Assembly (NCBI RefSeq): GCF_009834535.1
Contig: NC_045697.1
Span: 75,704,001-75,768,000 of the forward strand
Direction of reading: 5' to 3'
Length of the DNA: 64,000 bases
Source of the DNA: Camelus ferus
Taxonomy: Eukaryota
The position numbers were made by a program, and so were the translations under genes. Shown in pieces: positions 38,199 through 51,225 of this stretch; the stretch's first letter is position 1; each line of letters starts with the position of its first letter. The notes beneath the pieces are model-generated. The model saw only the letters and a list, made by a program, of their open reading frames with translations. It searched no databases and was not told the DNA's origin.

Positions 38199-41142
38199 AA
38201 GACAAATGGAATTCGGGTGATGGGGGTAAGAAGAGCGTTACAACCAAGCCGACTGGTGTGAGCAAATCTGTGGAGGGAGGAAAACGCATGTGTCTGAGGA
38301 CACAGAATCCTCCATTTGGCCAAAGATGGATATAAAACCTGGCACACGATTATCATGTAGAATTTTGAAGGCCAGATTGGGAAGGCTACTTTGTTCCAAA
38401 CAGAGGTGGAGAGTGAGTTCATCAGTAACACTTCACAGGAAATTCGCCTAGTGGGACTGTGCAGGATTGACGTCGGGGAGAGCAGAGTCAGTGGGAAGAG
38501 TGGAGACAGCAAAATCAGAAGACTGCTGCGGAGGAACACGCTCCCACGTTTCCATATAAAATAAACGCCCACCAACTCTTCCATTCTCTCCACTCACTCG
38601 ATCTATTCCTCCCCCAGGATACAGACAGGCTCGTCGGACTGACCACAACCTACGAACTGGTGAATGGGGTCACACCGTGACAACAGTGAAGACAGGTGCT
38701 ACCCTCTCCCTCAAACCTCCTCCCACCTGCTCCCCTGGGCCCGAGGCCACTGAGCAGGGCTGTAGATGTTGGTGACTCACAGATTCACGTCTTCTGACTT
38801 TAACTTCCCTAAGCTCCAGATCGTCTCTCCACCAGCCTTAGCACACACAGGCACCTTAAATTGCCCCTGGCCAGCCTCCCTGCGCACCTCTGGTCCTCCT
38901 CCATGCATCCTCCTACATGCAACACAGAGCTCTGCTCCCTAGACCTCATTCCCAGCCCTGCTTTCTTCACTACCATCCCGCACATCAGCCCTCCATCTCT
39001 GCTTCCCAAGACTCATCTACTAATTGGTCTTTCTCTCCCACTTCCAGCCTCCATCCAGCTGCCAAAGCAGGCAGGGAAGAAAGCAGTTTGGGACAGGATG
39101 AAAATTCTGTTTCCACTATGCTGTCCTGGGGGAACCGGGAAACTGATCCCACCGCTCCCCTCCCCCCAACCCCCAGGAGCCTACAGTCTAGTCAGAGGAG
39201 GAGAAACAAACATTCAGTAATCAGAAAATAAATACATGTTAGAGGGAATAGCCTTCCTTCAACTCCAAGAGGATCATGATCGGTAAGTCTGGTGATGGTA
39301 TGAAGGATAAAGCAATGGAAGACAAGACCAGGACTAGAGTCACTCCTTCAACCAGTTCCTGCCTGCTCTGTCATAGTGGGTATGAAACTCCTGCCAAATC
39401 CAAAAGGCATTTTCCTGTTTTAAATGGCCCTGACATCTGTTGCCTCTGACCAAAAAAGAAAAATCAACACCACCGTTTTTACTGCTTCAAAGCCTGCTAA
39501 CCATTCTTTCTATTTTATCTGCCTCTTTACTCCCTTTTTCCTTAAGTAAAAACCAGGAAACACTGAAGAAAATTTGTGGGGCAGGAATCGCCCCAAATGC
39601 ACTATCTTAATATCACTGTTTTAGGTTTTTTACAAGTCTCCTTTTCTTTTTCCCTTATGCAGACATCTCTACACAGTTGTGATCAAATGTGTATGACACT
39701 ATAGACTCTGCTTGGCCATTCTTGTCTAATCACCTGTTTCTGACATCCTGTAGTCCTCTTGGAGCAACAGGGTTCATTGCTGGGTCCTAGGAAATTCTTT
39801 CTCTACATAATCATTCAGGAAACCTACCCTGAGCCTGGATTCAATTACCATGTGCATACAGATGGCTTCTGTTAGCTGCATCTCTAAGTCCTGACCTTCC
39901 AACTCATCAGTTACAGAGACTTATTCCTAAGAACAATTTCAGTACATTCCCCAGCCCCTCAATTCCTCCACCTTCACTATGACTGTCACATCCCAAGACA
40001 AATGCTGGTCCAGCTCCCCAAACCTGTTCCTTCTCTTATATTTTACATCTAAGTAAAGAAAGAGCCCAGCAGTACAGCTTCTCTCCTCTCCTCTGGATTC
40101 AGCACTCTCCAGTCCAGCAGCCAACACACTATGTTAACAAGTACGGTCTGACCTCTTTCCTTCCAGCAGGTAGAAAGGGAAGAAGAGAGTGGAGAAGGTT
40201 CTTCTGAGGATGTGCTGATTCGTGATGGGGAAGGAGTGGCAACCAGCAGCATTCTCTGGTGGTGGGAGGAGGATGAGCACTGACCCCCTGGATCCGTGCA
40301 GGACACTGCAGCATAATCCTGCACCACGGCCATCAACAGTGATGCGGCAGAGGACAAACACCAGGGCTTGACCCCTGCTCTGCAGTTTCTCAGCCAGGGG
40401 CCTGGGGACAACTGCAGTCCCCCAGGAGGGTCCTGGCGAGCAACAAATAAACGAGTGAGCAGGGAACTGCTCCCACCCCATCTACCCTTCCCCCAGACGT
40501 CTCAGAACTGTGCTTCGCTGCCTGGCCCACAGACAGAGCCCTGGCCTGCACCCCAACCACGAAACCCAGAATTACAACATCCTCCCACTTCCTTCCTTCA
40601 GTTTCTCTGCAAACTGTCCTACATACAGCAGTCATCAGCAGGTCTTCTCTCCCAGTCCTCCCCAAGCTCTGTCATCTGCCACTTTACCCCAAAGCTCGAA
40701 GGACACGTATTTCTGATTTTCCCTACATCAGTACAGCAGCTGAACAAGAGAGTCCCGACAACAGCTCTAGACCTGTTAAGTGGGGTGTGCGCACACGCTG
40801 TGTTTGTGGCAGCTTTCTGAAGGGAGCTGGAAGTAAGAGTTTGATTCCCGCCCTTCCCTCAGGACTGTCATAAATTAGCAATATTTTACTTAAACTGTTC
40901 ATGAGGAGGGGAGGAAAATCAACAAGAGAGAGAGAGGCCACTTGAGTAAATATGACTAGACTAGAATTTTTCACAAACAGGTACTCTCATACCCACAAAG
41001 TACGGCAGCAAGTTGTTTTTCTTTCTCAAGACTAGAAATGCTTTCAAATTAAAGTGAAAAATAATGATGAATACAATGCTTTCTGCCAGTTGGACACCAT
41101 GCTGCCTGTTCTCCATTCCCCTTCTCATCCATTCTTTGTCTT

Positions 41143-41165
41143 GTGCCTGTGTGCCTGTGCCTGTG

Positions 41166-41208
<43 letters not shown>
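41143..41208. repeat. Compound microsatellite: (TGTGCC)-type units followed by (TG)~20
   Basis: Seen directly. Confidence 0.95.
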
Positions 41209-41209
<1 letters not shown>

Positions 41210-42659
41210 TGGGGGTGGGGGAGCGCTGTACACCCGCCTCCCTATGGGAGACATTAGCAGGAAACCAGAGGATGCAGGAAGAAAAAGTCTGCACCAGTAG
41301 CATCCTGTCAGCCATGCCCACATCCCCCTACAACTAGCTTCTGCCCAGCAGCCCCTCCCCACAGCTCCAGCTCCTCCTACCCAACTACAGAAACAATGTT
41401 TCCTTATGACACCCCTTCATGAATGGTAAAACGACCCCAACTCGCTAGTCCCTGGATGCCTCATCACTTTTCGATGGTTTCTTTAACCCTGATCACCCCT
41501 CTTTAAATACTGTCAGATAATGTTCACAGCCTCATCTGCGTGTGCCCTACTCTGGCTGACAGAGGATCCATCACCCACCCTCAGGTGACAGCATCTCCAA
41601 CTCACCACCATTTATGGTCAAGAAATCCCAGTGCTTTCAGAGCCAAACCATCTGTCTCCATCTCAGCCTTCTCATGTCTGCATCCTTCCCAACTTTGCCT
41701 AAGACATCCACCTACTGTCTCTATCCATGCACTTAAAACACACTTTGTGGTTCAACAACTCTACAAGCTTTCTCAGATTTATTCAACAGGGTGCTACCAC
41801 ATACTAGCTTGAAAGAAGGTATGTCAACTTTTCCCTCTGTAACCCAGCAGGACACGAACACTCTGTGTGTAATAAATACTAACCGGCTTTTACTTGGTTT
41901 AAGTGAAATTCATTCTTCCCTTCCAGGATAGTGGTCAACCATCAGAGGTTCAAAGAACCTGCCATCTGGAACCGTGTCACCTTGCAATCACTGACTTGGG
42001 TAATAAAGTCCTCTCAATCACTCCAACTACAGAACGGTCTAGAGACAGCAAACCTGAGCATACTACCGTGCACAGGACAGGAGCGCACACAGGGTAACCA
42101 AAGCTCTTCTAAGATGAGAGAAGAAGGAAGGAGAGGTAAGGAAAGAAACAAAAAAAAAAAAACCTGTTTTCTCTCCCTTGAACTAGGATTTGTTCCATCT
42201 ACATGCCAGTAGATGACTCGTTACTGGCTTCCTAAAAGAGTGAACAAGAATTATGAAGGAAGCTCCTCAGTCTTTGCTTATTTGCCTCAGTCTAAAATGG
42301 AAAAGTAAACAAAATAATGCTCCACCATCTCTTCTGCCTGATGTAAAGGCTAATACCTGGCTCTCAGCTACTTTAAACAAAGCTGCAATCACTCATTATG
42401 CAACAACTGCTCTAAATGATTTAAAATGTTTGGTGCCCAAGGAAGAATGCAAAACAGATGTAATATAAAGTCTCTGATTATGAATGATAATTTCTTGATA
42501 AGACCCCTCAACAGTGCCAATGATTAATTTACTACCATGAATTCCAGATATGAATTATTTGGGGGGAAAAATTAAAGTAAACAAGATGGTCTCAGCAAGT
42601 CATCTGTTAAACATGTTCCTGTTCACCAGTCTGAAAAAAAAAAGAAGTCTGCATATATC

Positions 42660-43060
42660 AAACTGTCAGATGCTTCTGGTTGCAAATAAAAACAACCCAA
42701 CTGGAAGTGTCCTGTATCACCAAATAAGCATTAGGTCTTCAAATAAGAACTCTGGATATAGAAGACTCCAGGGTTGGATAAGAAAATTAAACAGTATAAG
42801 ATTCTCATGGATTCTCATGGATGTAAAATGGCTGCAAGAGCTCCAAACATTGCACCCTTACATGAAGACAGTATCCAAAGCAGGAAGAAAAGGAAGAATG
42901 GAAAAAGGAAATGTTTTTGCCCTAAGCCAGTTTCTTATCAGGAAGGAAAACCTTTCCCAGAAGCCCCTCTTCCTTATATCTCAGAGGCCAAAACTGACTT
43001 CCACATGGACCCTTAAATCACACACTGACAAAAGAGAATTGGGCACCATCACTGACTGAC
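42660..43060 (-). mobile_element. Old MLT1 LTR (MLT1L-like), sense to the host gene
   Basis: gatgcttctggttgcaaataaaaacaacccaact; aaaatggctgcaagagctcca; cctttcccagaagccc. Confidence 0.6.
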
Positions 43061-43489
43061 AGCAGTCGTGACACAGACCCTTACGACTCGGCCCAAAGCA
43101 TGTTAGCAAGAAAGAAAACAAGCTGCTGCATAAGAAAGCATCAAGCATAATAGTCAGAGAAATTCCTACACAAGTATAAACTTGAGCCAAATATTTGCTT
43201 CAAATTCAGGAGTGGAATAAAATTCAGAAAAAAAGAATGGGGTCCTACACTGAAATACCCTAGAGGGGCCAAGCAAGAAGTGTGAGTGAACGGAGAGGGC
43301 TGGGTGGGAACTGTGGCGCTCTGAAGAGCGTGTGCTCATCTGAGGCCTCCAGTCCTCGATCGGTTTTAATCTCTAATCACTTCCAATATTGGCAAATTAC
43401 AGTAGAACCTAAGAATAAACAAGATATTCTTTCTCTACCCTTTAGACATATACAGGTAAACTAGCTTCAGACTCACATAACAGAAACGA

Positions 43490-43720
43490 CACCTTAGCCT
43501 CTTACTGTGTGCCAGGTACTATGACGGTGCCTCACCATCTTACCTCATTTCACTACCATCATTGTCCTCATTTGTAGGACTCAGGGAACTGAGCCTTAGA
43601 GAGGAAACCACTTTCCCCACAACCACTTAACTTCTAGGTGGTGAAACGGGGGACAGTATGCACACAGGACTGGGAATGACTACCAGGGTCTGGGGTTCAC
43701 AGAAGCTAAACACAACGGAT
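43490..43720 (-). mobile_element. MIR SINE
   Basis: ttactgtgtgccaggtact...gggaactgagccttagagagg. Confidence 0.6.
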
Positions 43721-44538
43721 GAAACGGGTACTCTTGCCCAGACTCTAAAGTCACTTGGGGAGACGGGCTTCTGGTTAACACATATGGCCAGGTGGGCAGC
43801 TATTTCCTTACAAAACAACCACATTCGCTTGAATTTTCTCAGCCCTATCTGCCCAATTTCTACACAGAAGATATTTTAAAAAGTAGCACCAATGACTGGG
43901 TTTAACCATTTCTGTAGTGGGTGAGAATTAGTAGCATGATTGTAGGAGGCTTTTAATTCTTCAGATCTTAAAAAAGCCTCCCCAGATCTGCTCTGCAGCA
44001 ATTGCTGGCATTAACATGGCACCCAGAATTTGCAAGTGTGGGTGACAGTGTAAAGACACCATTTACCTACCTCCATGTAAGACACCTGCTAATTGCAAGT
44101 GTCCAATATAAAAATACCCACCCTGGGTATTTTCTAAGACAGTATTGCAAAGGACAGCTTCTACAGACTCTCGACTCCTACTGCTCCATTTCATCCTAAT
44201 CCAGAAATCTGAAATCATTAGGAACCTGCTCTTCAGCAACTTCTCCTGTTATTTGTTCACTGTCTGTCTCTTCCACACCACAAGCTCCTGTCTTATTCAT
44301 TTATGAATCCTCAGCACTTGGCACTCTGGTATATCAAGACGCAAGACAAACACTTGATGAATGAACAGCAAACGTGATACTGCTGTCCTATTATTTTCTG
44401 CAGTGATACTTTCCACTCACATAGGACACTGTGGGATCTAAAGCACTCTGTTGGTTGGTTTAGGGTGACGACCTTTCGTTACATATTCCATTGCTACTCC
44501 AAGTAGCCCAATGTTAGATACGTAGGTCCATGTCTTAC

Positions 44539-44674
44539 CAGCATTCATATCTTTAAACTTTTGCTTTAGCTCAGTAGGAGTAAAACGATACTGATCAAGA
44601 CCATCATTCCAGTAAATTCGGTCCAAGACTTGAAGATCTCCTCCAATCAGCCAGTCACCTTGTTCCATAACCAT
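44539..44674 (-). CDS. PAPSS1: PAPSS1 coding exon (probable exon 9), [45 protein letters not shown](D)
   Basis: 136 nt; acceptor ttag|ATG, donor GCTG|gtaag; lies in ORF 44438-44674. Confidence 0.97.
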
Positions 44675-45311
44675 CTAATGGCAAGAGAAAGAAAATACTG
44701 TTTTTCAACAGAAACCGAGAGCAAAATAAGTAAGAACATTTCTCTCATACAAGCTAAATATACCTGTAAACTACTCTCATCTGAAGGTCAATGGTAAATC
44801 TGCTTGGCTTATCAACTGAATTAGGATTAGAGATGCAAGAGAATTAGAATACACTTCCTACTTTTGCAAATGACTGGTAACACAGCTATTACATTTGCAT
44901 ATGAAAGGCAAACAGAGCCACAATTAATAATTATGACATTTTAAGTAACAAAAACATTCTTTTCATTGTTGTTGTACATTGATTAACAGAAAAAAACGGG
45001 TAACCCTGGGTCACCTCACCCTCTGTGTTCTCCAGTCCTAAACTTTTGAGCAATTAAAGTAATGATGATGAAGCTGGACACAAATTCATGCCTTCCAACC
45101 TCCACACCACCTCAAATTTCCTTCAGCCTCGCTCGTCTTCTTTCCCTGCCCCTGAGAGGAGGTGATATTACCCTCAAGGACCCATTCATTTTTGCAATAC
45201 AGCTCAAATTCACCCTCTTCCCCTCACTGCATCAGTTTAGGTGCACTTTGACTGTGTAGTCACTCCCCGCCTTGTCTCCCTCACGAGGAGGTCCCTCCCC
45301 ATCCATCAAAC

Positions 45312-46040
45312 CATTCACTCAACAAATATTGACTGAAGACCTGGTACGTGCCAGGGCCTGTGCTAGGCATTGGGAAATACAACAGAAAAGAGAAGGAAAG
45401 ATCTTACTTTAATGGAGTTTACATTCTAGTGGGCGAGATGGAGGAGAAATCAGAGAGATTCCAGCAACTGATTAAAGTTACGGAGAAAACAAACAGGACA
45501 ATGGAACACTGTCCAGGGAGCAGAGTGGATGGCATTTAAGAGAAAGGAGTCAGGAAATGCCCTTCTGAAGAGGGTGACGTTTAACCTGAGATGATGAAGA
45601 GGAACAGGTCACGGAGGTCAAGTATTTCGGGCAGAAGGACAACAAGCACTAAGTCCTGGCATAGAAACAGGCTTCTGTCCTTGAGGAACAGAAAGAAGGC
45701 CAGTGTGGCTAGAAGGTCAGAAAGGCAGAGCAAGGAGAGGGGCAGCGGCCAAGGAAGAGCCCAGGAGTAAGACGGCAGAGTCAGAGCCCAGAGGATCCAC
45801 CCCTGGGACAAGTCATAGACAGGCATCTGGGTTTATTCTTATTACAGTGAGCTGCCCCTGGAGAGTTTTAAAGGGTGCAGTGATATGCTCAGATTTATAT
45901 TTTAGAAGACTTACTCTGGCTGCACCAAGGAGAACAGACTGCAGTGGGTATGAGAGGAGGCAGGGGTCTAGCCAGGAGACGACAGGCACATCCAGGCTGC
46001 AGCCCGGGAGAGCATGGACGGTACCAGGGGAGTGGAGGTT
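45312..46040 (-). mobile_element. L2 3' region
   Basis: cattcactcaacaaatattgactga...gtgccagggcctgtgctaggcattggg...ttacattctagtggg...aaggccagtgtggct. Confidence 0.85.
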
Positions 46041-47329
46041 GGAACAGGGACACTCTGCTCCAGACTCCTGGGCTAACTTCTTAAAGCACCACGCTGTTTG
46101 TGACCCTGTCAAACCTGCCTGTGGTCTCTGTGCCCAGTAAGGCAGAGCAGCACGGTACAAAGAACTCAGAAGACCTAAGACAGACTCTAACCCTGACTCC
46201 TCACTAGTGTCTCTGCAGCTCTGGGCAGGCTGAATCCACTCTAAGACTCCTCAGGATAAAGAAAATAACCTTGTCTACTCCTAAGAGTCACCGTAAGGAC
46301 CAACAAACAGAAATGTGGTTTGAAAAGCACAGATACATGTAAATTGTTATTATGACTGAGCAAAATCTTAACAGCTTAGAGTAGATCGCTAAGCCCAAGG
46401 TCCTCTCTCCCACTCAACGACAAACCAGGGAGCTCCCACACACACTGAGTCTTGGATCCTCCTGCTCCACACACCTCAAAAGCCGTTTCCTACAGTCCCC
46501 TCCTATCCAAATCTTACTGGTTCCTCACAGCTGCATACCAGGCACTAACTAGTCTAAGAAGCCTTACATACTGCTCTAAATGAAAGTGGTACCTAACATA
46601 AACAGTACTCACATATGTTGAGTGATCAAAAAATGTCTCCTCCAATGAATTCATATAAAAAGGTACTCTTTAGCAGTAGGGGTTACATAGTACGTGATGC
46701 TCTGTGTCCACCAATAATGACTCTCTGTTATGGGTTATGGAAGATAGCTTTCAAGCCCAAGGTCTTGGATTCAAAGCAGCCTCTCACCTCACCTATAAGC
46801 TATATAACTTGGGTCAAGACATACATTCCCTATAAAGTCTCAGTTTCTCCACGTGTAAAATGGAAATGCCAGCCATCCTACAGGTTTGCTATGTGGTTCA
46901 AAGAATTTCCATAAGCATTCTTGTAAACTCTGTTACTTGTTATTAATAACTGTAGAATTTTAATGCTCAAAGAATGTCTGACACCACCATTAGTTCAACC
47001 TCCTTATTTTATTAAACAACATATCTGCCTATTTTTAAGTTTATCACTTTTTTGTCCTGGGACAACAAAATGAGATGTAGCACATTGCTATGATCTAAAC
47101 AAATGCTATACAAATTTTCCAGATAAATAAAGCTACTAAAATTTCACTTAGTTTCTTTTAAAGTTCAAAGTCTACTGTAAAACAACTGACAGAAATTTGA
47201 CTTCAGTGATAACATTTCACATATTAAACATAAGATACATGAGGCCCTTTGGGAAGACTAATTATACTTCTCATTGCATGCATATCAGGAACAGTGTTCA
47301 ATTAAAAGCCCAGACTAGATAAAACCAGC

Positions 47330-47530
47330 CTGCTGTGGGCTCCCATAGCATCCTGCCCTCCCATCCTACCTGCAAGGACATGATTAATGTCGGCTCCACC
47401 ACTAGAGAGTCAGCTCCAAGCACATAAAGACTGTGCGTGCCATGCACATCAGCCCTGTATTCCCAGCACTGGCACTGAGCTCAGTGCCTGGTGTAAAGCA
47501 GATGTTTAAAAGATATTTGCTAAATATTCA
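47330..47530 (+). mobile_element. L2 3' end
   Basis: ccactagagagtcagctcca...ctgtattcccagcac...cagtgcctgg. Confidence 0.65.
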
Positions 47531-47703
47531 TCTGGACCAAGACAACAAGACCATATGCTCATCACACTACTATAAGTTCCAGTCTCGATTCTGCAAAATG
47601 CTAACAGTTCCAATGGAGTAGTAGACACACAGGTAATTCCCCATATTTCAGCACAAACATTATTGGCAAATCAAGATAAAATGCAGCAAGGTTTATTCAG
47701 GAC

Positions 47704-47909
47704 CTTGATGTAGGGGTGGCTCTTGCATGTTGTTCCCCACTGTCTGGCACAGCGCTCCTCCTTCCTGTGCTCAAAAAACTCTGGATTGCGAAGGATAGCC
47801 ACACGGCGGCCCTCGTACATCAGAGCAAATGCTGTACAGCCATCCAGCCTCTCTTTATCTTCCTGAGTAGCTGTCAGAACTATAGGTACTGACAAGTTAA
47901 TGACACCCC
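47704..47909 (-). CDS. PAPSS1: PAPSS1 coding exon (probable exon 8), (G)[24 protein letters not shown]...[14 protein letters not shown]
   Basis: 206 nt within ORF 47671-47955; acceptor ctgcag|GG, donor AAG|gtcctg; phase 1 to 0. Confidence 0.95.
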
Positions 47910-48349
47910 CTGCAGGGCACAGAAAAATATAAAGCACACAGCTTGGATTACTCAACAGGTCTCACATCTACTTTTCACACTTCAGTAGACATTTGCCAAA
48001 TAATAAAAGATGCATGGGTCCAGTGACAGTTTCCACTGGTACCTGGCACAGAAAATCAGGAGAGAGAACAAGCAACAAACCCAGACATTAAAAATTAAAA
48101 AAGTTTGAGAAACAGAAAAAATTAAGCACATCAACAGTGTCACTGTGTGTAGCAAGACTTCTTACAACCATTCATGAAACTGTCTGTAGGGGGAAAAAAA
48201 TCACAGAAGGTGTTCCTAGGTACAGACTCACAGAAGTAAAAGAAACAGTTTAACAAGGAAGGATCAGTTGGTTAAGCCAAACACCAACAAAAATATATGA
48301 GTAAGACAAAGAATTATGCTTCAGGATCTTTTTGGGAAAAATACACATG

Positions 48350-48429
48350 GAACGTGGCAGCAGTTCTGTAGAGTTCTGGGACAAGTATTATAGCTGACGT
48401 ACAGTATTACGTTAGTTTCAGAGGTACCA
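48350..48429. repeat. 80-bp duplicate of 49134-49213
   Basis: 76/80 identical by manual alignment. Confidence 0.92.
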
Positions 48430-49167
48430 GATGTACCCTTGCTGATCACTGTATTTTGAGTGGCAAGTTGGTTAAGAACACTTGAGTATACTTGGTATAC
48501 CCAGGTATCCTTGAGATAGGAAGACAAAAAAACACCCAAAAAGGTTTTCGTTTCTTGGTTTTTAATCAAAATGGAACTACTGGCAGTTATCACTGGTCAA
48601 GAAACACAGGCAGTAAATAAATCATCAGGGGCTCCATTTAAACCAAAACATATTGCCAATGAGACTAAAGGCACATTCTCAGTTGCCAATCTTTCAAGCT
48701 CTAAATGTGTTTTTTTCTTTCCTACTCATCACGCACAGGTTAGAAAAATAAAATGTGATCTCAAATTCATATGCGGATATTATTTACACATCAAGAAGAA
48801 ACCTTACTTTTTGAGGAAAATCATGGCATGCCTTCTTTGGGCAAAAGATGTCAACAAATCAATGATAACTGCATGGCTGTTTTAATATTACCCCCACAGG
48901 GTACAGCTCAAAGTGGAAAATTAATGGATAGTTTTATTTGCACCATATCCAAGACTAAATCATTACTAAGAAGGCAATCCACAAAGACTTTACCATTACT
49001 TTCAAGGAAGAAAATCAGGAAGTAAAATTTAATCCTTATGTTCTTGTGACAAAGGTTATTGAGAACAAAGACTAGGAACTACATTTTCTACTATCTATTC
49101 TACTCTTCAGTTAAAAGAAGTCATAACACACAAGAACGTGGCAGCAATTCTATAGAGTTCTGGGACA

Positions 49168-49816
49168 AGTATTATAGCTGACGTACAGTATTATGTTAGT
49201 TTCAGATGTACCACATAGTGATTCAGTATTTAAAAACATCATGAAATGATCACCATGATGACTATCTAGTGACTATCACCACACACTAATATTACAGTAT
49301 TATTGACTCTATGTTGTACATTACATCCTTGTGACTTATTTTATAACTGTAAGTTTGTACCTCTTAATCCCCTTCACCTATTTAGCCATCCCCACACCTC
49401 TCCCTTCTGGCAACCACCAATTTGTTCTCTGTCTCTATGAGTCTGTTTCTATTTTGTTAATGTTTGTTCTTCTGTTTTGTTTTTTAAATCATATATAACT
49501 GAAATCATATGATATCTGTCTTTCTCTATCTGACTTATTTCATTTAGCCTAACACCCTCCAGGTCCATTCATATTGCAGCAAATGGCAAAAGTTCATTTT
49601 TTATAGCTGAGTAATATTCCTCTCTGTGTGTTTGTGTGTGTGTGCGTGTATCTTCTTTATCTGTTCACTTATCGATGGGCACTCAGGTTGCTTCCTCACC
49701 TTGGCTATTGTAAATAATGCTGCAATCAACATAGGGGTGCATGTATCTTTTCTAGTTAGTGTTTTTGTTTTCTTCAGGTAAATACCCAGAAGTGGAACTG
49801 CTGGAGCATATGGCAC
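49168..49816 (-). mobile_element. L1 3' end (laurasiatherian / L1MA9-like)
   Basis: ORF 49601-49816 resembles the L1 ORF2 C-terminus (PYAPAVPLLGIY...CTPMLIAALFTIAK); 3' UTR follows. Confidence 0.88.
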
Positions 49817-50405
49817 TAGGGTTCATTAACATTTAGCAATATTTTCTTTATTATAATAAATTAATCTTACTAACAGTATAGAAAGTTTAAGGTAGTTGGA
49901 ATGTCATTATAATATACGCAATATCAATTTCTTTGGCAATTTTTTTTTTTTTTTAGTGTTTTAAAAGAAAAGGAATAACCATCCTTTAAACCACCTATTT
50001 CAGGATTCCTTAACTTGGACTCCCTGATTCCTTGTTAGAATGCTCAGCTTAAGCAAGCACAAGTTTAATATGGCACAATTTAATAAGTGTGTGCACTTTC
50101 CAGGGAAAGACTTTCTACTGTGATAGGTGGATATGTCACAGGGGAACTTATTTGTTTTTTAAATCCATTTTCAGCCCTCATCCCCAGGTTGTCCTTCTCC
50201 CCCTGCAATAAATCATGATCAGGAAAACTAAAACTGGAAAAAAGATCTCACAATACATTTAAAATGTTGAGTACTGATATAATTTAGTCTTAAAAGGCTA
50301 TCTCCATTAAGATGTTACCTCTACTTTCTATAAATAGTGATGAATTCCTGCAACTGTGTAATTTCTCTTCCACACTCAATTACCATTGAATATAAAATGT
50401 CTTAC

Positions 50406-50517
50406 CATCCAGAAGACAATCAAAATGAAGACATTGCAAGTACTCCCTCTCTCTCATAAAGCCGTTCAGCGGGGTTGCCCAACCTTCCGCCAAAACCTGC
50501 ACCCACTGCATATCCAC
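50406..50517 (-). CDS. PAPSS1: PAPSS1 coding exon (probable exon 7), [37 protein letters not shown](G)
   Basis: Absent from the ORF track; read manually on the minus strand. 112 nt, acceptor tag|GTG, donor GATG|gtaag; in frame with both neighbouring exons. Confidence 0.97.
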
Positions 50518-50744
50518 CTAGTAAATGAGACAGTAAAGAAAAATTTCATGTACTTATGAACAAAAGCAGTAATGGCTTTTTGGAGTTTAATTTTGAAAGC
50601 AATGAAAACAAACTTCTTAAGAATGATTACAGACTAAACAAATTAATAAACAATTAGAACACTAGGAAAATATGCATTTTTCTTAATAAATTTAAGTAAC
50701 ATTAGGCTTCCCAACATTTCTAATAAGGATAGCATCTCCCAAAA

Positions 50745-50928
50745 CAGCAGTCCTCAAACTTTAATATGTTTAAGAAACTTCTGGAAGGCTTGTTAAATGA
50801 AGACTGCTCCACCCTACAGTTTCTGACTTAGTTGGTTTAGTTGGTACGGTACAAGGATTTGAATTTCTAACAGGTGTCCAGAAAATGCTAACAATGATGG
50901 TCTGGAAACTATACTCTGAAAACCACTG
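50745..50928. mobile_element. MER5A (hAT-Charlie MITE) in the 594-bp intron
   Basis: Terminal repeats cagcagtcctcaaa...tgaaaaccactg; degenerate 8-bp TSD tcccaaaa/tcctaaac. Confidence 0.8.
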
Positions 50929-51111
50929 TCCTAAACTAAAACAAACTTTAGATAAAAACAATTCCCCCCCAAAAAAACCCTCACCAATGACAAAGTGCCC
51001 TTCATCTAACAAACATTGTATTATTTCTTGAACTTTAAGATTTCTAGCATATCCCACCGGAATATTTAAATTGATTAAATCACTCCGTGCAAAAAGGAAC
51101 AAAGAACTCAC

Positions 51112-51225
51112 CTTATTAATTTTCAATGCTGGTAATGTTTCTGCATCTGTTTTTGCCAGATGAAGTTTGTTTTCTGGCACATACAGTTCTTTTACTTCAT
51201 AAGAGGCATCCACAGGTACAATATC
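51112..51225 (-). CDS. PAPSS1: PAPSS1 coding exon (probable exon 6), [38 protein letters not shown]; kinase/sulfurylase linker
   Basis: 114 nt, phase 0/0; acceptor tatag|GAT, donor AAG|gtgagt; peptide matches recalled human PAPSS1. Confidence 0.97.

Noticed and set aside
38087..41362. Cluster of 100-170 aa ORFs on both strands, including HT/CV-repeat peptides
   Set aside because: Explained by higher GC (fewer stop codons), MER58/L2 fragments and the (TG)n microsatellite.
42550..43059. 169-aa + strand ORF
   Set aside because: Lies mostly over a decayed MLT1 LTR; no protein family resemblance; a chance ORF.
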